This document shows positions 1-7,195 of a stretch of DNA of 37,889 nucleotides, piece by piece. A program made the position numbers and the translations under genes. The notes under the pieces are model-generated. The model made no database searches and was not told the DNA's origin. It was given only the letters and a program-made list of their open reading frames with translations. Position 1 is the stretch's first letter, and each line of letters begins with the position of its first letter. Origin of the DNA: a virus (lineage: Duplodnaviria > Caudoviricetes); IMG/VR virus record IMGVR_UViG_3300033076_000254, positions 1 through 37,889 of that record, one strand, 5' to 3'.

Positions 1-461
1 AATAGCATACTGCTTGACACCTTCTTGGCTTTACGTCTCAACTTGTCCACCACCTTGTTACTTATCTCCACCATGTGTCTCAACACCTCGGTCCTGTTCA
101 TGTCGTCCTTGATATGCTCAAGTCCACCAAGCACCAAACCCTCTGTTAACACAATCGCTGTTGTCGTACCATCACCCGCTGAGGTCGCTGTCTTGTCTGC
201 AGCCTCCTTCATCATCTTAACCGCAAGGTTCTCGCTTGGGTCAATTAGGTCAATTGACTTAGCAACAGTCACACCATCCTTTGTCACCGTAATGCCATGG
301 GTATGATGCGGACTCTCAATCAAGACAGTGTTACCACTTGGTCCTAATGTTGACTTAACAGCCTTTGACATCTTAACTACTCCACTGATTAATTTCTTTC
401 TGCCGTCCGAACCGAACTGCAAATCCTTGGGTGAGTACCCAATTCCTGATGTTTCTACCAT
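1..461 (-). CDS. groEL: Chaperonin GroEL (Cpn60), N-terminal part, truncated by window edge
   Basis: Manual translation from ATG at 461: MVETSGIGYSPKDLQFGSDGRKKLISGVVKMSKAVKSTLGPSGNTVLIE...ITVTKDGVTVAKSI...AADKTATSAGDGTTTAIVL. TLGP, TKDGVTVA and GDGTTT are hallmark GroEL motifs. Absent from the ORF track because it runs off the edge. Confidence 0.95.
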   Translation of the reverse strand, partial: MVETSGIGYSPKDLQFGSDGRKKLISGVVKMSKAVKSTLGPSGNTVLIESPHHTHGITVTKDGVTVAKSIDLIDPSENLAVKMMKEAADKTATSAGDGTTTAIVLTEGLVLGGLEHIKDDMNRTEVLRHMVEISNKVVDKLRRKAKKVSSSML

Positions 462-487
462 TTGATTTGATTTTTAATTGTATTGTA

Positions 488-495
488 CAAATATA
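488..495 (-). promoter_or_regulatory. Bacteroidota-type -7 promoter box (TATATTTG) upstream of groEL
   Basis: Reverse complement of caaatata is TATATTTG, matching TAnnTTTG, 27 nt upstream of the groEL ATG. Confidence 0.6.
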
Positions 496-577
496 GTCAG
501 TATATGGTATATTAACCACTATTTTGAAAATATTTTATACCAACAATGTGTGATTCACCACGTAAGTGGTGGGGTGA

Positions 578-883
578 ATGTCGGTTTTTCAAACCTCCAT
601 GTCGATTTATGCCGATTAAATGTTGTTTCGTCAGAACTTGACATTGACTCAAACGCTTGATACGTAAGGGTTTTTTACAATTCTCAGCATTGTAATGCCG
701 AGAATGCAGATAAAATTCCCCTATTCTTTATATATATTTCCCTCCTTTTATATATTTTTTTCCCATTAGATTTTCTCTTAAAAATCGACATTTTCGACAT
801 TAAAGAAATAAAGTATTAATAATCAATAAATTACAAAAATCAAATCGACATAAAAACGACATAAAACAATGTTATTAATGTCG
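578..883. repeat. Origin-like element, copy 1: ATGTCG/CGACAT iteron-like repeats around an AT-rich tract, with an IHF-like site
   Basis: ATGTCG at 578, 599 and 878. CGACAT at 786, 795, 846 and 857. AT-rich stretch at ~710-785. AATCAATAAATTA (821-833) matches WATCAANNNNTTR. Confidence 0.55.
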
Positions 884-903
884 AATTTAACATGAGTAAG
901 TAC

Positions 904-938
904 AAAAAGAAAGAGAGCTCAATATTGAGCCCTCCTCT
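904..938 (-). terminator. Probable intrinsic terminator after the 85-aa gene
   Basis: Minus strand reads gagggctcaa-ta-ttgagctctc followed by tttctttttg. Confidence 0.55.
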
Positions 939-963
939 TGCTTACTACTAACCTCAAATAAAC

Positions 964-1221
964 CTAATCCATTTCCGGTCCTTCCATCATCTCTGAACGA
1001 ATGTTACCTAAGAATACAGCCTCAGACATCATCTGAACCTTCTCAGCTTTCTTAATGGCTTTCTTCATATCAGCAGCTTGTCTGATACCCGTAACTCCAT
1101 CAGGACGATTGTTAATTTCCATACCACCATTGACAGTCAAACCAAAGTTCGCCCCTCTCTGTTGGTAGATGCTGTTCGACAAATCCTTCTTGTAAACAGA
1201 ATCTCTAAATTTTAGTTTCAT
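964..1221 (-). CDS. Hypothetical protein (85 aa)
   Basis: ORF with an A-rich upstream context, a near-consensus TATCTTTA box at 1259-1266 and a terminator downstream. Same strand as groEL. Confidence 0.65.
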   Translation of the reverse strand: MKLKFRDSVYKKDLSNSIYQQRGANFGLTVNGGMEINNRPDGVTGIRQAADMKKAIKKAEKVQMMSEAVFLGNIRSEMMEGPEMD

Positions 1222-1401
1222 AATAATTGTTTTAAAACGTGCACGAAATATTTCAGGGTAAAGATAATAAATTTATTAGATACCCGGAGTGTGGAGGCTA
1301 TAGGGGCGTTTGACGACAGGTAGCCGGTGCCGAAAATGACTTTTTTTTCAAGGGGTGGGGTATCGTTTCGGCAATCCCCTTGCGAAATTTTTAGCTTTTT
1401 G

Positions 1402-1689
1402 CCTCCGCTCATTGTGTACTAATGAGCCCCATCGATGGAGGTGACCGCCTCCGCTCCTCCGTTTCCGTCCTCCGCTCCCGTCCTCCTTGCTTTATTGCCT
1501 CCGCTCCCCTTGATTGCTCCCCTGTATTCAATCCTCAAGCCCTTTGTAGTGTCTTTAAAGACACAAAAAGAGAGAAAAGGCACAAAGAGAGACGGCTTAG
1601 CCTCCTCCCCGTCCTTTGATTGTCTAAACTTTGTGCTCCCCTTGTTCATTACTTAAGCCTCTGAAAACCTGTAATCTTTCCGCTCATTG
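1402..1689. repeat. Pyrimidine-rich short-repeat region (CCTCCGCTC x4) bounded by 11-bp direct repeats TCCGCTCATTG
   Basis: CCTCCGCTC at 1402, 1448, 1469 and 1498. TCCGCTCATTG at 1404-1414 and 1679-1689. Lies between the divergent arms. Confidence 0.6.
1549..1564. repeat. Conserved 16-bp palindrome GTGTCTTTAAAGACAC, copy 1
   Basis: Perfect palindrome, identical to the copies at 4167 and 5973. Confidence 0.9.
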
Positions 1690-1709
1690 AAAAAAAAGTT
1701 TAAAAATAT

Positions 1710-1739
1710 TTTGCGGAATAAAGTAATTGACTAAATTTG
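1710..1739 (+). promoter_or_regulatory. Bacteroidota sigma-A type early promoter (-33 TTTG / -7 TAAATTTG)
   Basis: TTTG at 1710-1713, 18-nt spacer, TAAATTTG at 1732-1739, 40 nt before the first plus-strand gene. Confidence 0.7.
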
Positions 1740-1778
1740 TACAAGAAATAAACAATCAATAATCAAAATTTAAACAAC

Positions 1779-2414
1779 ATGAGCAATTTACTATCAATCG
1801 AAAGTGCCTTTTTGAACTTGCCACAAGTCAAACAGGCTTTGAACTTGCAAGAAATCAGAGCGGTTCAAAGAACAATTACAAACGCCAAAAAGAAAAAGTT
1901 CGAGCAAACCCTTGCTTTGAGCAAGTTAGTCACTCAAGCCGTAGCATGGTTTCAATCAGAGGAGGGCAAACGTGCTTGTGCCGAGGAGGGTATCAGTTGG
2001 AGCAATGAGGAAATCGGGCTGAAAGTTTTCGGGTGGCAAAAATCATTTTTTTACAAGGTGGTGAAAGCAGGACGTCTCGAGGCGGACGTGGTGGAAACTT
2101 TCAAAACAAAGTGCGATGAGGCGGAGGCACAAGGGCAAGAGCCAAACCGCTCCCTTGAGGGCTTACTTAAGTTTGCTAAGCAGGTGGAAACAGGTAGCGA
2201 AGCAAGTGGACAAGGTGAGGAGGGTGAAAGTGAAAGTGAAAATGAGCCACAAATTGAGACACGTGTTGAAACCATCTTGACTTTCACGTATAAGAGCGAG
2301 AGCGGAAACGTTTCAGTTCGTATCGATGCGGAAGGCAATGTTAAAACCACAAACAGCCCCGAGCAAATTCGTGAGGCAATAGCTGTATTAAATTTTTCAC
2401 TACAAAATCAATAA
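1779..2414 (+). CDS. Hypothetical early protein (211 aa), possible HTH segment
   Basis: First ORF after the promoter. Helical, with segment SNEEIGLKVFGWQKSFFYKVVK resembling an HTH and an acidic linker. Confidence 0.8.
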   Translation: MSNLLSIESAFLNLPQVKQALNLQEIRAVQRTITNAKKKKFEQTLALSKLVTQAVAWFQSEEGKRACAEEGISWSNEEIGLKVFGWQKSFFYKVVKAGRLEADVVETFKTKCDEAEAQGQEPNRSLEGLLKFAKQVETGSEASGQGEEGESESENEPQIETRVETILTFTYKSESGNVSVRIDAEGNVKTTNSPEQIREAIAVLNFSLQNQ

Positions 2415-2416
2415 TC

Positions 2417-3286
2417 ATGAGCGGTATCAATTACACTATCACCGGAAATCGTGAGCGTGGTCAAGTTCAAAACTACCATCGCAAACCTAATCCTTTGTTC
2501 TTGAATAAGACTAAGCACAACATAGACGTGGCAGGTCTTAAGAAAGCCGAGCGAGGCACTGCAATCAAATTTGAGGGCGGTGACTATGAGGCAAAATTTA
2601 CCATCGGTTTCGAGGTGGAAAAAAATCAATTGCATCGTGGGGCGGTGAGAGAATACGAATTGTTTTGCGGTTTCGAGCGAGATGGGTCATGCGGTTATGA
2701 GGCGGTGACTCACGTGCTCCCTTTGTTGCCATCGGGTCAATGGCGTACAAAAGTTTATGACATGATGCACAAGGCTGAAAAAATCATCGATGACCGATAC
2801 AGCCCGAGCGATAGACGTTGCGGAGGTCATATTACGATTGCGGTGGATGGCTTAACAGGTGAGCAATTACGTGAGGCGGTGAGAAAATACAGCGGTATCA
2901 TTTACGCTCTATTTCGCAACAGGTTAAAAAATAGCTATTGCGGTGCAAACAACAGGATGCAAGCAAGCCACGAGGCTCAAAACTATCACCATAAGTATCA
3001 GGTAGCTCTTGTGAAAGGCAATTGCCTTGAGTTTAGACTCCCAAGCCGTTTTGAGAGCGTTAAGCAAATGATGAGACGATATGAGCTATTTTATGAGGTA
3101 GTGAATGCATCGGTGTCAAACATGAGCCACGATGCACTCCTTAAGAGACTTAAGCCTGTAATCGTGTCAATGTACAACGGGGACGTGGCAAGAGCGGAGG
3201 AGGTAATGACCCTTGCGAAGTATTTCAGAAAGTTTATCCTAACAGGTGAGATACATCAAGACATTATGCAATACGTGAGCCGATAA
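2417..3286 (+). CDS. Putative amidoligase (COOH-NH2 ligase, glutamine synthetase/GCS-like fold)
   Basis: Motifs FTIGFEVE, RDGSCGYEAVT, CGGHITI and LEFRL match the GxExE / DGS-E / CGxHxH / EFR pattern of the amidoligase-2 family. Confidence 0.75.
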   Translation: MSGINYTITGNRERGQVQNYHRKPNPLFLNKTKHNIDVAGLKKAERGTAIKFEGGDYEAKFTIGFEVEKNQLHRGAVREYELFCGFERDGSCGYEAVTHVLPLLPSGQWRTKVYDMMHKAEKIIDDRYSPSDRRCGGHITIAVDGLTGEQLREAVRKYSGIIYALFRNRLKNSYCGANNRMQASHEAQNYHHKYQVALVKGNCLEFRLPSRFESVKQMMRRYELFYEVVNASVSNMSHDALLKRLKPVIVSMYNGDVARAEEVMTLAKYFRKFILTGEIHQDIMQYVSR

Positions 3287-3293
3287 ATTTTCA

Positions 3294-3317
3294 GGGAGTG
3301 TCTTCAAAGACACTCCC
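3294..3317 (+). repeat. Conserved hairpin, copy 2 (core GTGTCTTCAAAGACAC at 3298-3313, stem extended by GGGA/TCCC)
   Basis: gggagtgtctt-ca-aagacactccc, 7 nt after the amidoligase stop and abutting hammerhead 1. Confidence 0.9.
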
Positions 3318-3368
3318 ACTATCGGAGGGTGAGTGCCCTCCCTGATGAGTCCAAAAGGACGAAATAGT
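3318..3368 (+). ncRNA. Type III hammerhead ribozyme 1 (predicted cleavage after C3323, AUC)
   Basis: Stem III ACUAU/AUAGU. Stem I GGAGGG-UGAGUG-CCCUCC. Core CUGAUGA at 3342-3348. Stem II GUCC-AAAA-GGAC. GAAA at 3361-3364. Confidence 0.93.
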
Positions 3369-3391
3369 AAACCACAAAAAAATCAAATCAA

Positions 3392-3586
3392 ATGAAAAAG
3401 CAAATCATCACAAAAATCGCAATCCTGTTTAGTGCAGGTTTCTTCGGGTCGTTAGTGGCTATTCAATCCATCTATGACTTAGACGTGCCCATGGGCATCA
3501 CCATCCCGATGCTAATTGTATCGGTGTTATTGGTGGCGGTGTCTATGCAATGGCTTGACAAGGAGTTAAAGAAAATCATTAAATAA
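3392..3586 (+). CDS. Small membrane protein (64 aa, two predicted TM helices)
   Basis: Two hydrophobic stretches and basic termini. Start preceded by aatcaaatcaa. Confidence 0.75.
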   Translation: MKKQIITKIAILFSAGFFGSLVAIQSIYDLDVPMGITIPMLIVSVLLVAVSMQWLDKELKKIIK

Positions 3587-3594
3587 AATCAATT

Positions 3595-4176
3595 ATGAGA
3601 CAGATAACACGCAAAATTGTGGGTGCGTTCGAGAGACGTGAGCCCCTAAGAATTGACAACAGCCGTACAGATGGCACGAGCCTATGGCTATTCGGCAACA
3701 GGATTGCCGAGTGGCGTGGGGATGGGTTATGGATAAGCAATGCAGGATGGGACAGCAGGACAACAAACGAGCGTCTCAATGGCTTGACAGGAGTGCACGT
3801 AAGAAAGCAAAGAGGTACGCTCCTATTGAATGACAGGGTGTGGGATGGTAGATGGGTGCACGTGGATGCGTGGAATGATGGCATCGAGTACGTGGGAGGT
3901 GGCTCAGTACGTGAGGAGAATGTACAGGAGCGTGACTTTGACGTGACGAGCGAATGGATGCATGAGTTCGGGTACAGTAAGCCCGTTCACAGTGTCTTTC
4001 ATACGTTGGTGGAGGCAAACCTTGAGGCGGTGGAGCAGAAGCTAAGCGAGGCAGGGATACCATCACGCAGGATGGAATCAGATACCGAAGGAATGTACAA
4101 GCCGAACTATTTCATCGTAGTTTATCCGGAGGACGTTGAGAGAGCGTTGAATATTTTAAATGGTGAGTGTCTTTAA
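3595..4176 (+). CDS. Hypothetical phage protein (193 aa)
   Basis: Long ORF in operon context. Its TAA stop lies at the centre of palindrome copy 3. Confidence 0.8.
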   Translation: MRQITRKIVGAFERREPLRIDNSRTDGTSLWLFGNRIAEWRGDGLWISNAGWDSRTTNERLNGLTGVHVRKQRGTLLLNDRVWDGRWVHVDAWNDGIEYVGGGSVREENVQERDFDVTSEWMHEFGYSKPVHSVFHTLVEANLEAVEQKLSEAGIPSRRMESDTEGMYKPNYFIVVYPEDVERALNILNGECL

Positions 4177-4184
4177 AGACACTC
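4165..4184 (+). repeat. Conserved hairpin, copy 3 (GAGTGTCTTTAAAGACACTC)
   Basis: Perfect 20-bp palindrome directly abutting hammerhead 2. Confidence 0.9.
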
Positions 4185-4234
4185 CCGTCCTCGAGTGTGT
4201 TACTCGGGCTGATGAGTCCTAAAGGACGAAACGG
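4185..4234 (+). ncRNA. Type III hammerhead ribozyme 2 (predicted cleavage after C4189, GUC)
   Basis: Stem III CCGU/ACGG. Stem I CUCGAGU-GUGUU-ACUCGGG. CUGAUGA at 4209-4215. Stem II GUCC-UAAA-GGAC. GAAA at 4228-4231. Confidence 0.93.
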
Positions 4235-4257
4235 AAACCATCTTAATCATAATCAAA

Positions 4258-4452
4258 ATGACAAAAGAACAAATCAACATCGAGCAAGAACGTAATGAAA
4301 CTATTCAGGACGTAATTGACAGACTCCTTTACTTGCCTGAAGACAAGCTAAAAGAGTACAAGCACTATCTCAATTTATTGGTGTCAGTTTACCCGATTGA
4401 CATGAAGATTGAGAACGGAATCAGAATTTATCACGTATCAAAAAGAAAGTAA
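4258..4452 (+). CDS. Hypothetical protein (64 aa)
   Basis: ORF 23 nt after hammerhead 2, with an aatcaaa start context. Confidence 0.7.
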   Translation: MTKEQINIEQERNETIQDVIDRLLYLPEDKLKEYKHYLNLLVSVYPIDMKIENGIRIYHVSKRK

Positions 4453-4453
4453 C

Positions 4454-4576
4454 ATGAAAGTTTTATCAGTAGTATTAATCGTGTCGTTTCTTACATCATG
4501 TAGTGTGGAGTATAAAATCTCCCACTACAAAAGACCACGCAAACAAACTTGCATCGTAGGGAATCGACCATTTTAA
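4454..4576 (+). CDS. Putative small lipoprotein (40 aa)
   Basis: Manual translation MKVLSVVLIVSFLTSC-SVEYKISHYKRPRKQTCIVGNRPF: signal peptide ending in lipobox LTSC. Fills the gap between neighbouring genes exactly. Confidence 0.6.
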   Translation: MKVLSVVLIVSFLTSCSVEYKISHYKRPRKQTCIVGNRPF

Positions 4577-4587
4577 AATCAATCAAC

Positions 4588-4749
4588 ATGGAAAGTCAAC
4601 ATATGTTTAACGTGTACTATTCAGGCAAGTGGTTGTGTTGGATAGTTGCCCACACAAAGTGGGAGGCAGTGGATAAAACCTATTACAAATTGGTTGCCCA
4701 AAGCCACAGCGTGGATAGAAAAAAGATGAAGGCAGTCAAGGTTTATTAA
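4588..4749 (+). CDS. Hypothetical protein (53 aa; start re-assigned to MESQHMF)
   Basis: ATG at 4588 preceded by aaaatcaatcaac, like other early genes. Confidence 0.6.
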   Translation: MESQHMFNVYYSGKWLCWIVAHTKWEAVDKTYYKLVAQSHSVDRKKMKAVKVY

Positions 4750-4756
4750 AAATAAA

Positions 4757-4788
4757 TTTGGCAATGTCGAAATCTTGTCGTATCTTTG
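4757..4788 (+). promoter_or_regulatory. Bacteroidota sigma-A promoter (-33 TTTG / -7 TATCTTTG)
   Basis: TTTG at 4757-4760, 20-nt spacer, TATCTTTG at 4781-4788. Confidence 0.75.
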
Positions 4789-4853
4789 TTCAATATTAGT
4801 TTAAATCAGGGTTCTACGCCTCTCAAGGTGTTGCCCACAAATCAAATCAAATC

Positions 4854-5957
4854 ATGTGTGTAATCATTATCAAGCAGACAGGGAAGCACGTTCCCCAAGA
4901 GGTTGCAAAGACCTCAGCACGAATCAATCCTCATGGGTTGGGAATCATTTGGCTCGATACTTTCGAGGTAACTTATCACAAGTCAGCGGAGTACAAGGTG
5001 CTCGATACCAAGAGACCATTCATTGCTCATTTTAGATATGCGACCATTGGTGCAATCAACAAAGAGAATACCCATCCATTCAGATGCGGGAGCAACAAAC
5101 AGGAGTGGCTCATGATGAACGGGACTATCAGAGCGTTGGGTAATCATAAGAAGAGTGACTCAAAAGTATTGGCAGAGAATTTGGGTGAGATACCACGCCA
5201 CAAGTGGAAGAAAGAGTTGGAGCAGTATGAGTGCAGGTTCGTTACGATTAACACGCACAGCAGGACGTATCAGATTTATAACAAAGAGTTGTGGGTGCAG
5301 AGAGATGGCGTGTGGTATAGCAAGGACAATGTGTTGGAGGATAATTTGGTTGCGGTGTATGGTACCCTAAAGAAAGGGTACCACAATTACCACAGCTACT
5401 TGACGAGTTCGAAGTATGTGGGGAAGGGTGAGACCAAAGAAAAGTATCCGTTGATTATTCAAGGGTTGCCTTACTTGATTGAGAAGCGTGGAGTTGGGCA
5501 CAATGTGGAGGTGGACGTGTTCAAGGTGAGCAGTGGAGTACTTGCACAGCTTGACAGGTTGGAGGGGCATCCGAATTGGTACAGGCGTAAGCAGATTGAC
5601 ATCGTGACCAAAGGCAAGGTGTTAAAGTGTTGGATTTATTTTAACTTGAGGGAGGATGAGAAAGGTAAGCAGTGGCATAAGACATACACGCAAGAGCCTA
5701 ACAGAGGCAGATGGTATGAGGAGGAAGATGAGCGTGAGACAGAGGTGTCATTCAGTAAATATACTGAACGTCAGTTGAACTTGCTTGACATCTTTGAGGA
5801 TGATGATTGTGAAGATTGTGGTTTTGATATAGTAAATGAGAAGCCCATTTGTGTTGATTGTTTTCATGACTTAGAGCATGATGGGTTTGCGAACTACCAT
5901 TGTTGTGGTTGCGATGGTTGGTTCACCGAAGATGAGGTTCTGAGATTCAGACCTTAG
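4854..5957 (+). CDS. Class II (Ntn) glutamine amidotransferase fused to a gamma-glutamylcyclotransferase (AIG2-like) domain and a C-terminal Cys-rich putative Zn-binding tail
   Basis: GATase II motifs: N-terminal M-C, NPHGLG, HFRYATIG..NTHPF, MNG. GGCT motifs: VAVYGTLKKG, LDRLEGHPNWYRR. Tail: CVDC..HCCGC. Confidence 0.85.
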   Translation: MCVIIIKQTGKHVPQEVAKTSARINPHGLGIIWLDTFEVTYHKSAEYKVLDTKRPFIAHFRYATIGAINKENTHPFRCGSNKQEWLMMNGTIRALGNHKKSDSKVLAENLGEIPRHKWKKELEQYECRFVTINTHSRTYQIYNKELWVQRDGVWYSKDNVLEDNLVAVYGTLKKGYHNYHSYLTSSKYVGKGETKEKYPLIIQGLPYLIEKRGVGHNVEVDVFKVSSGVLAQLDRLEGHPNWYRRKQIDIVTKGKVLKCWIYFNLREDEKGKQWHKTYTQEPNRGRWYEEEDERETEVSFSKYTERQLNLLDIFEDDDCEDCGFDIVNEKPICVDCFHDLEHDGFANYHCCGCDGWFTEDEVLRFRP

Positions 5958-5967
5958 CTTCGGAGTT

Positions 5968-5993
5968 GGGTGGTGTCTTTAAAGACACTACCC
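5968..5993 (+). repeat. Conserved hairpin, copy 4 (core 5973-5988, extended GGGTG/TACCC with a G-U pair)
   Basis: gggtggtgtcttt-aaagacactaccc directly abutting hammerhead 3. Confidence 0.9.
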
Positions 5994-6046
5994 TACTATC
6001 GCAAGATGTGTATCTTGCCTGATGAGTTCGAAAGAACGAAATAGTA
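5994..6046 (+). ncRNA. Type III hammerhead ribozyme 3 (predicted cleavage after C6000, AUC)
   Basis: Stem III UACUAU/AUAGUA. Stem I GCAAGAU-GUGU-AUCUUGC. CUGAUGA at 6019-6025. Stem II GUUC-GAAA-GAAC. GAAA at 6038-6041. Confidence 0.93.
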
Positions 6047-6067
6047 AACAATCAAAATCATAATCAC

Positions 6068-6349
6068 ATGAAGTTCAATCACGACAGCAAGACCATGACA
6101 GGTGCATTCAATATTCAAATGAGTGCAGATGAGATGGCAGAAAAAATTTCAGACATCGTCCGAGAGTGGGCATTGTCAGAGCAAGGAGAAAAAATCAGTC
6201 TATTGGCTGAGCGTTTAGAAAGCAAGTTGCCTTATGAGGTTATCTTGTTATTAGCCACGAAGGAAGTGCATGGTAAGGTTATCAGTTCACTATCCGAGTT
6301 GGAAGGTGTGCTATCAAAAATTATTAGTGAACAAGCAAAACTTAATTAA
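6068..6349 (+). CDS. Hypothetical protein (93 aa)
   Basis: ORF 21 nt after hammerhead 3. Confidence 0.75.
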   Translation: MKFNHDSKTMTGAFNIQMSADEMAEKISDIVREWALSEQGEKISLLAERLESKLPYEVILLLATKEVHGKVISSLSELEGVLSKIISEQAKLN

Positions 6350-6355
6350 ATTGCT

Positions 6356-6499
6356 ATGAACATTTTTATCTTAGCCTTAAGTTGTTTTGTAAGTGGGATG
6401 GTAGGTTGCTTCGTTGGAGCCTACATCACTTACAAGTCAATGAAAATAATCGTGAGACGCAAGGTCGCACAAATTTTAAAAAACCAAAATCACAAATGA
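6356..6499 (+). CDS. Small single-pass membrane protein (47 aa)
   Basis: Manual translation MNIFILALSCFVSGMVGCFVGAYITYKSMKIIVRRKVAQILKNQNHK. Fills the gap between neighbours. Confidence 0.6.
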   Translation: MNIFILALSCFVSGMVGCFVGAYITYKSMKIIVRRKVAQILKNQNHK

Positions 6500-6500
6500 G

Positions 6501-6728
6501 ATGAACATCTTTAAAATCAGAACAAGCAGTTGGGATGAAGAGGACTTTATCCTTGCTACGTCATTAACAGAAAAGCAAATCCGCTCAGTTATTCAGCCTA
6601 TGGTAGATGATGAGAGAGAGAATGAGTTTGTGTTTACGAATGAAGACTACGTGAACATATTGAAAGATGCGTACCCTAAAGCTGTAATCCTTTCTGATGG
6701 CGGAGATACTCAGGAAATAATCTTTTAG
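6501..6728 (+). CDS. Hypothetical protein (75 aa)
   Basis: Tightly packed ORF. Confidence 0.7.
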   Translation: MNIFKIRTSSWDEEDFILATSLTEKQIRSVIQPMVDDERENEFVFTNEDYVNILKDAYPKAVILSDGGDTQEIIF

Positions 6729-6730
6729 TT

Positions 6731-6898
6731 ATGAGAAAGTATTTTCGAATAGCTAAAGCGGTGTTGTACCTATGTGCAGAGTTGGTGTGGTTCGTTGCCA
6801 TATCATTGCCGTTGGCACTTACCTTATTAGTAATCGTTGAAGTAATATCATTAATCAAATCAATTGTAATCAAATGTCAAAAAACCATTACGAGATGA
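6731..6898 (+). CDS. Small membrane protein (55 aa)
   Basis: Manual translation MRKYFRIAKAVLYLCAELVWFVAISLPLALTLLVIVEVISLIKSIVIKCQKTITR. Confidence 0.55.
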   Translation: MRKYFRIAKAVLYLCAELVWFVAISLPLALTLLVIVEVISLIKSIVIKCQKTITR

Positions 6899-7194
6899 GT
6901 GCGGTTGCCTCCGCCAATCTTGAGATAGACTACCTACGAGGTCAGTTAAATGAGGCAAATGCAAAATTAAAAGATGAGAAAGTTGCACGTGAGTTGCTCA
7001 GAAAGAAAGGGTACTACGTTGAGAACCTATGGCACGTTGATGACGTGTTGCAAAATTACTCATGCAGTAAGGAAGTTGCTCAGGAAGTTCTTGAGAGAGC
7101 ACTTAAGAATGAGGCAACAATGGAACAGGTGTGGCTCGCAATAGATGACGTGGCTGACGCCATGGAGATTAAAGAAAATCAAAATCAAATTTAA
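6874..7194 (+). CDS. Hypothetical protein (106 aa)
   Basis: ORF with an aatcaa start context and a coiled-coil N-terminal part. Confidence 0.75.
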   Translation: MSKNHYEMSAVASANLEIDYLRGQLNEANAKLKDEKVARELLRKKGYYVENLWHVDDVLQNYSCSKEVAQEVLERALKNEATMEQVWLAIDDVADAMEIKENQNQI

Positions 7195-7195
7195 T

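Noticed and set aside
25-306. 93-aa plus-strand ORF
   Set aside because: Antisense shadow of groEL, which has unmistakable motifs on the minus strand.
1218-1656. Four overlapping short ORFs on both strands
   Set aside because: Low-complexity translations arising from the repeat region, with no typical start context.
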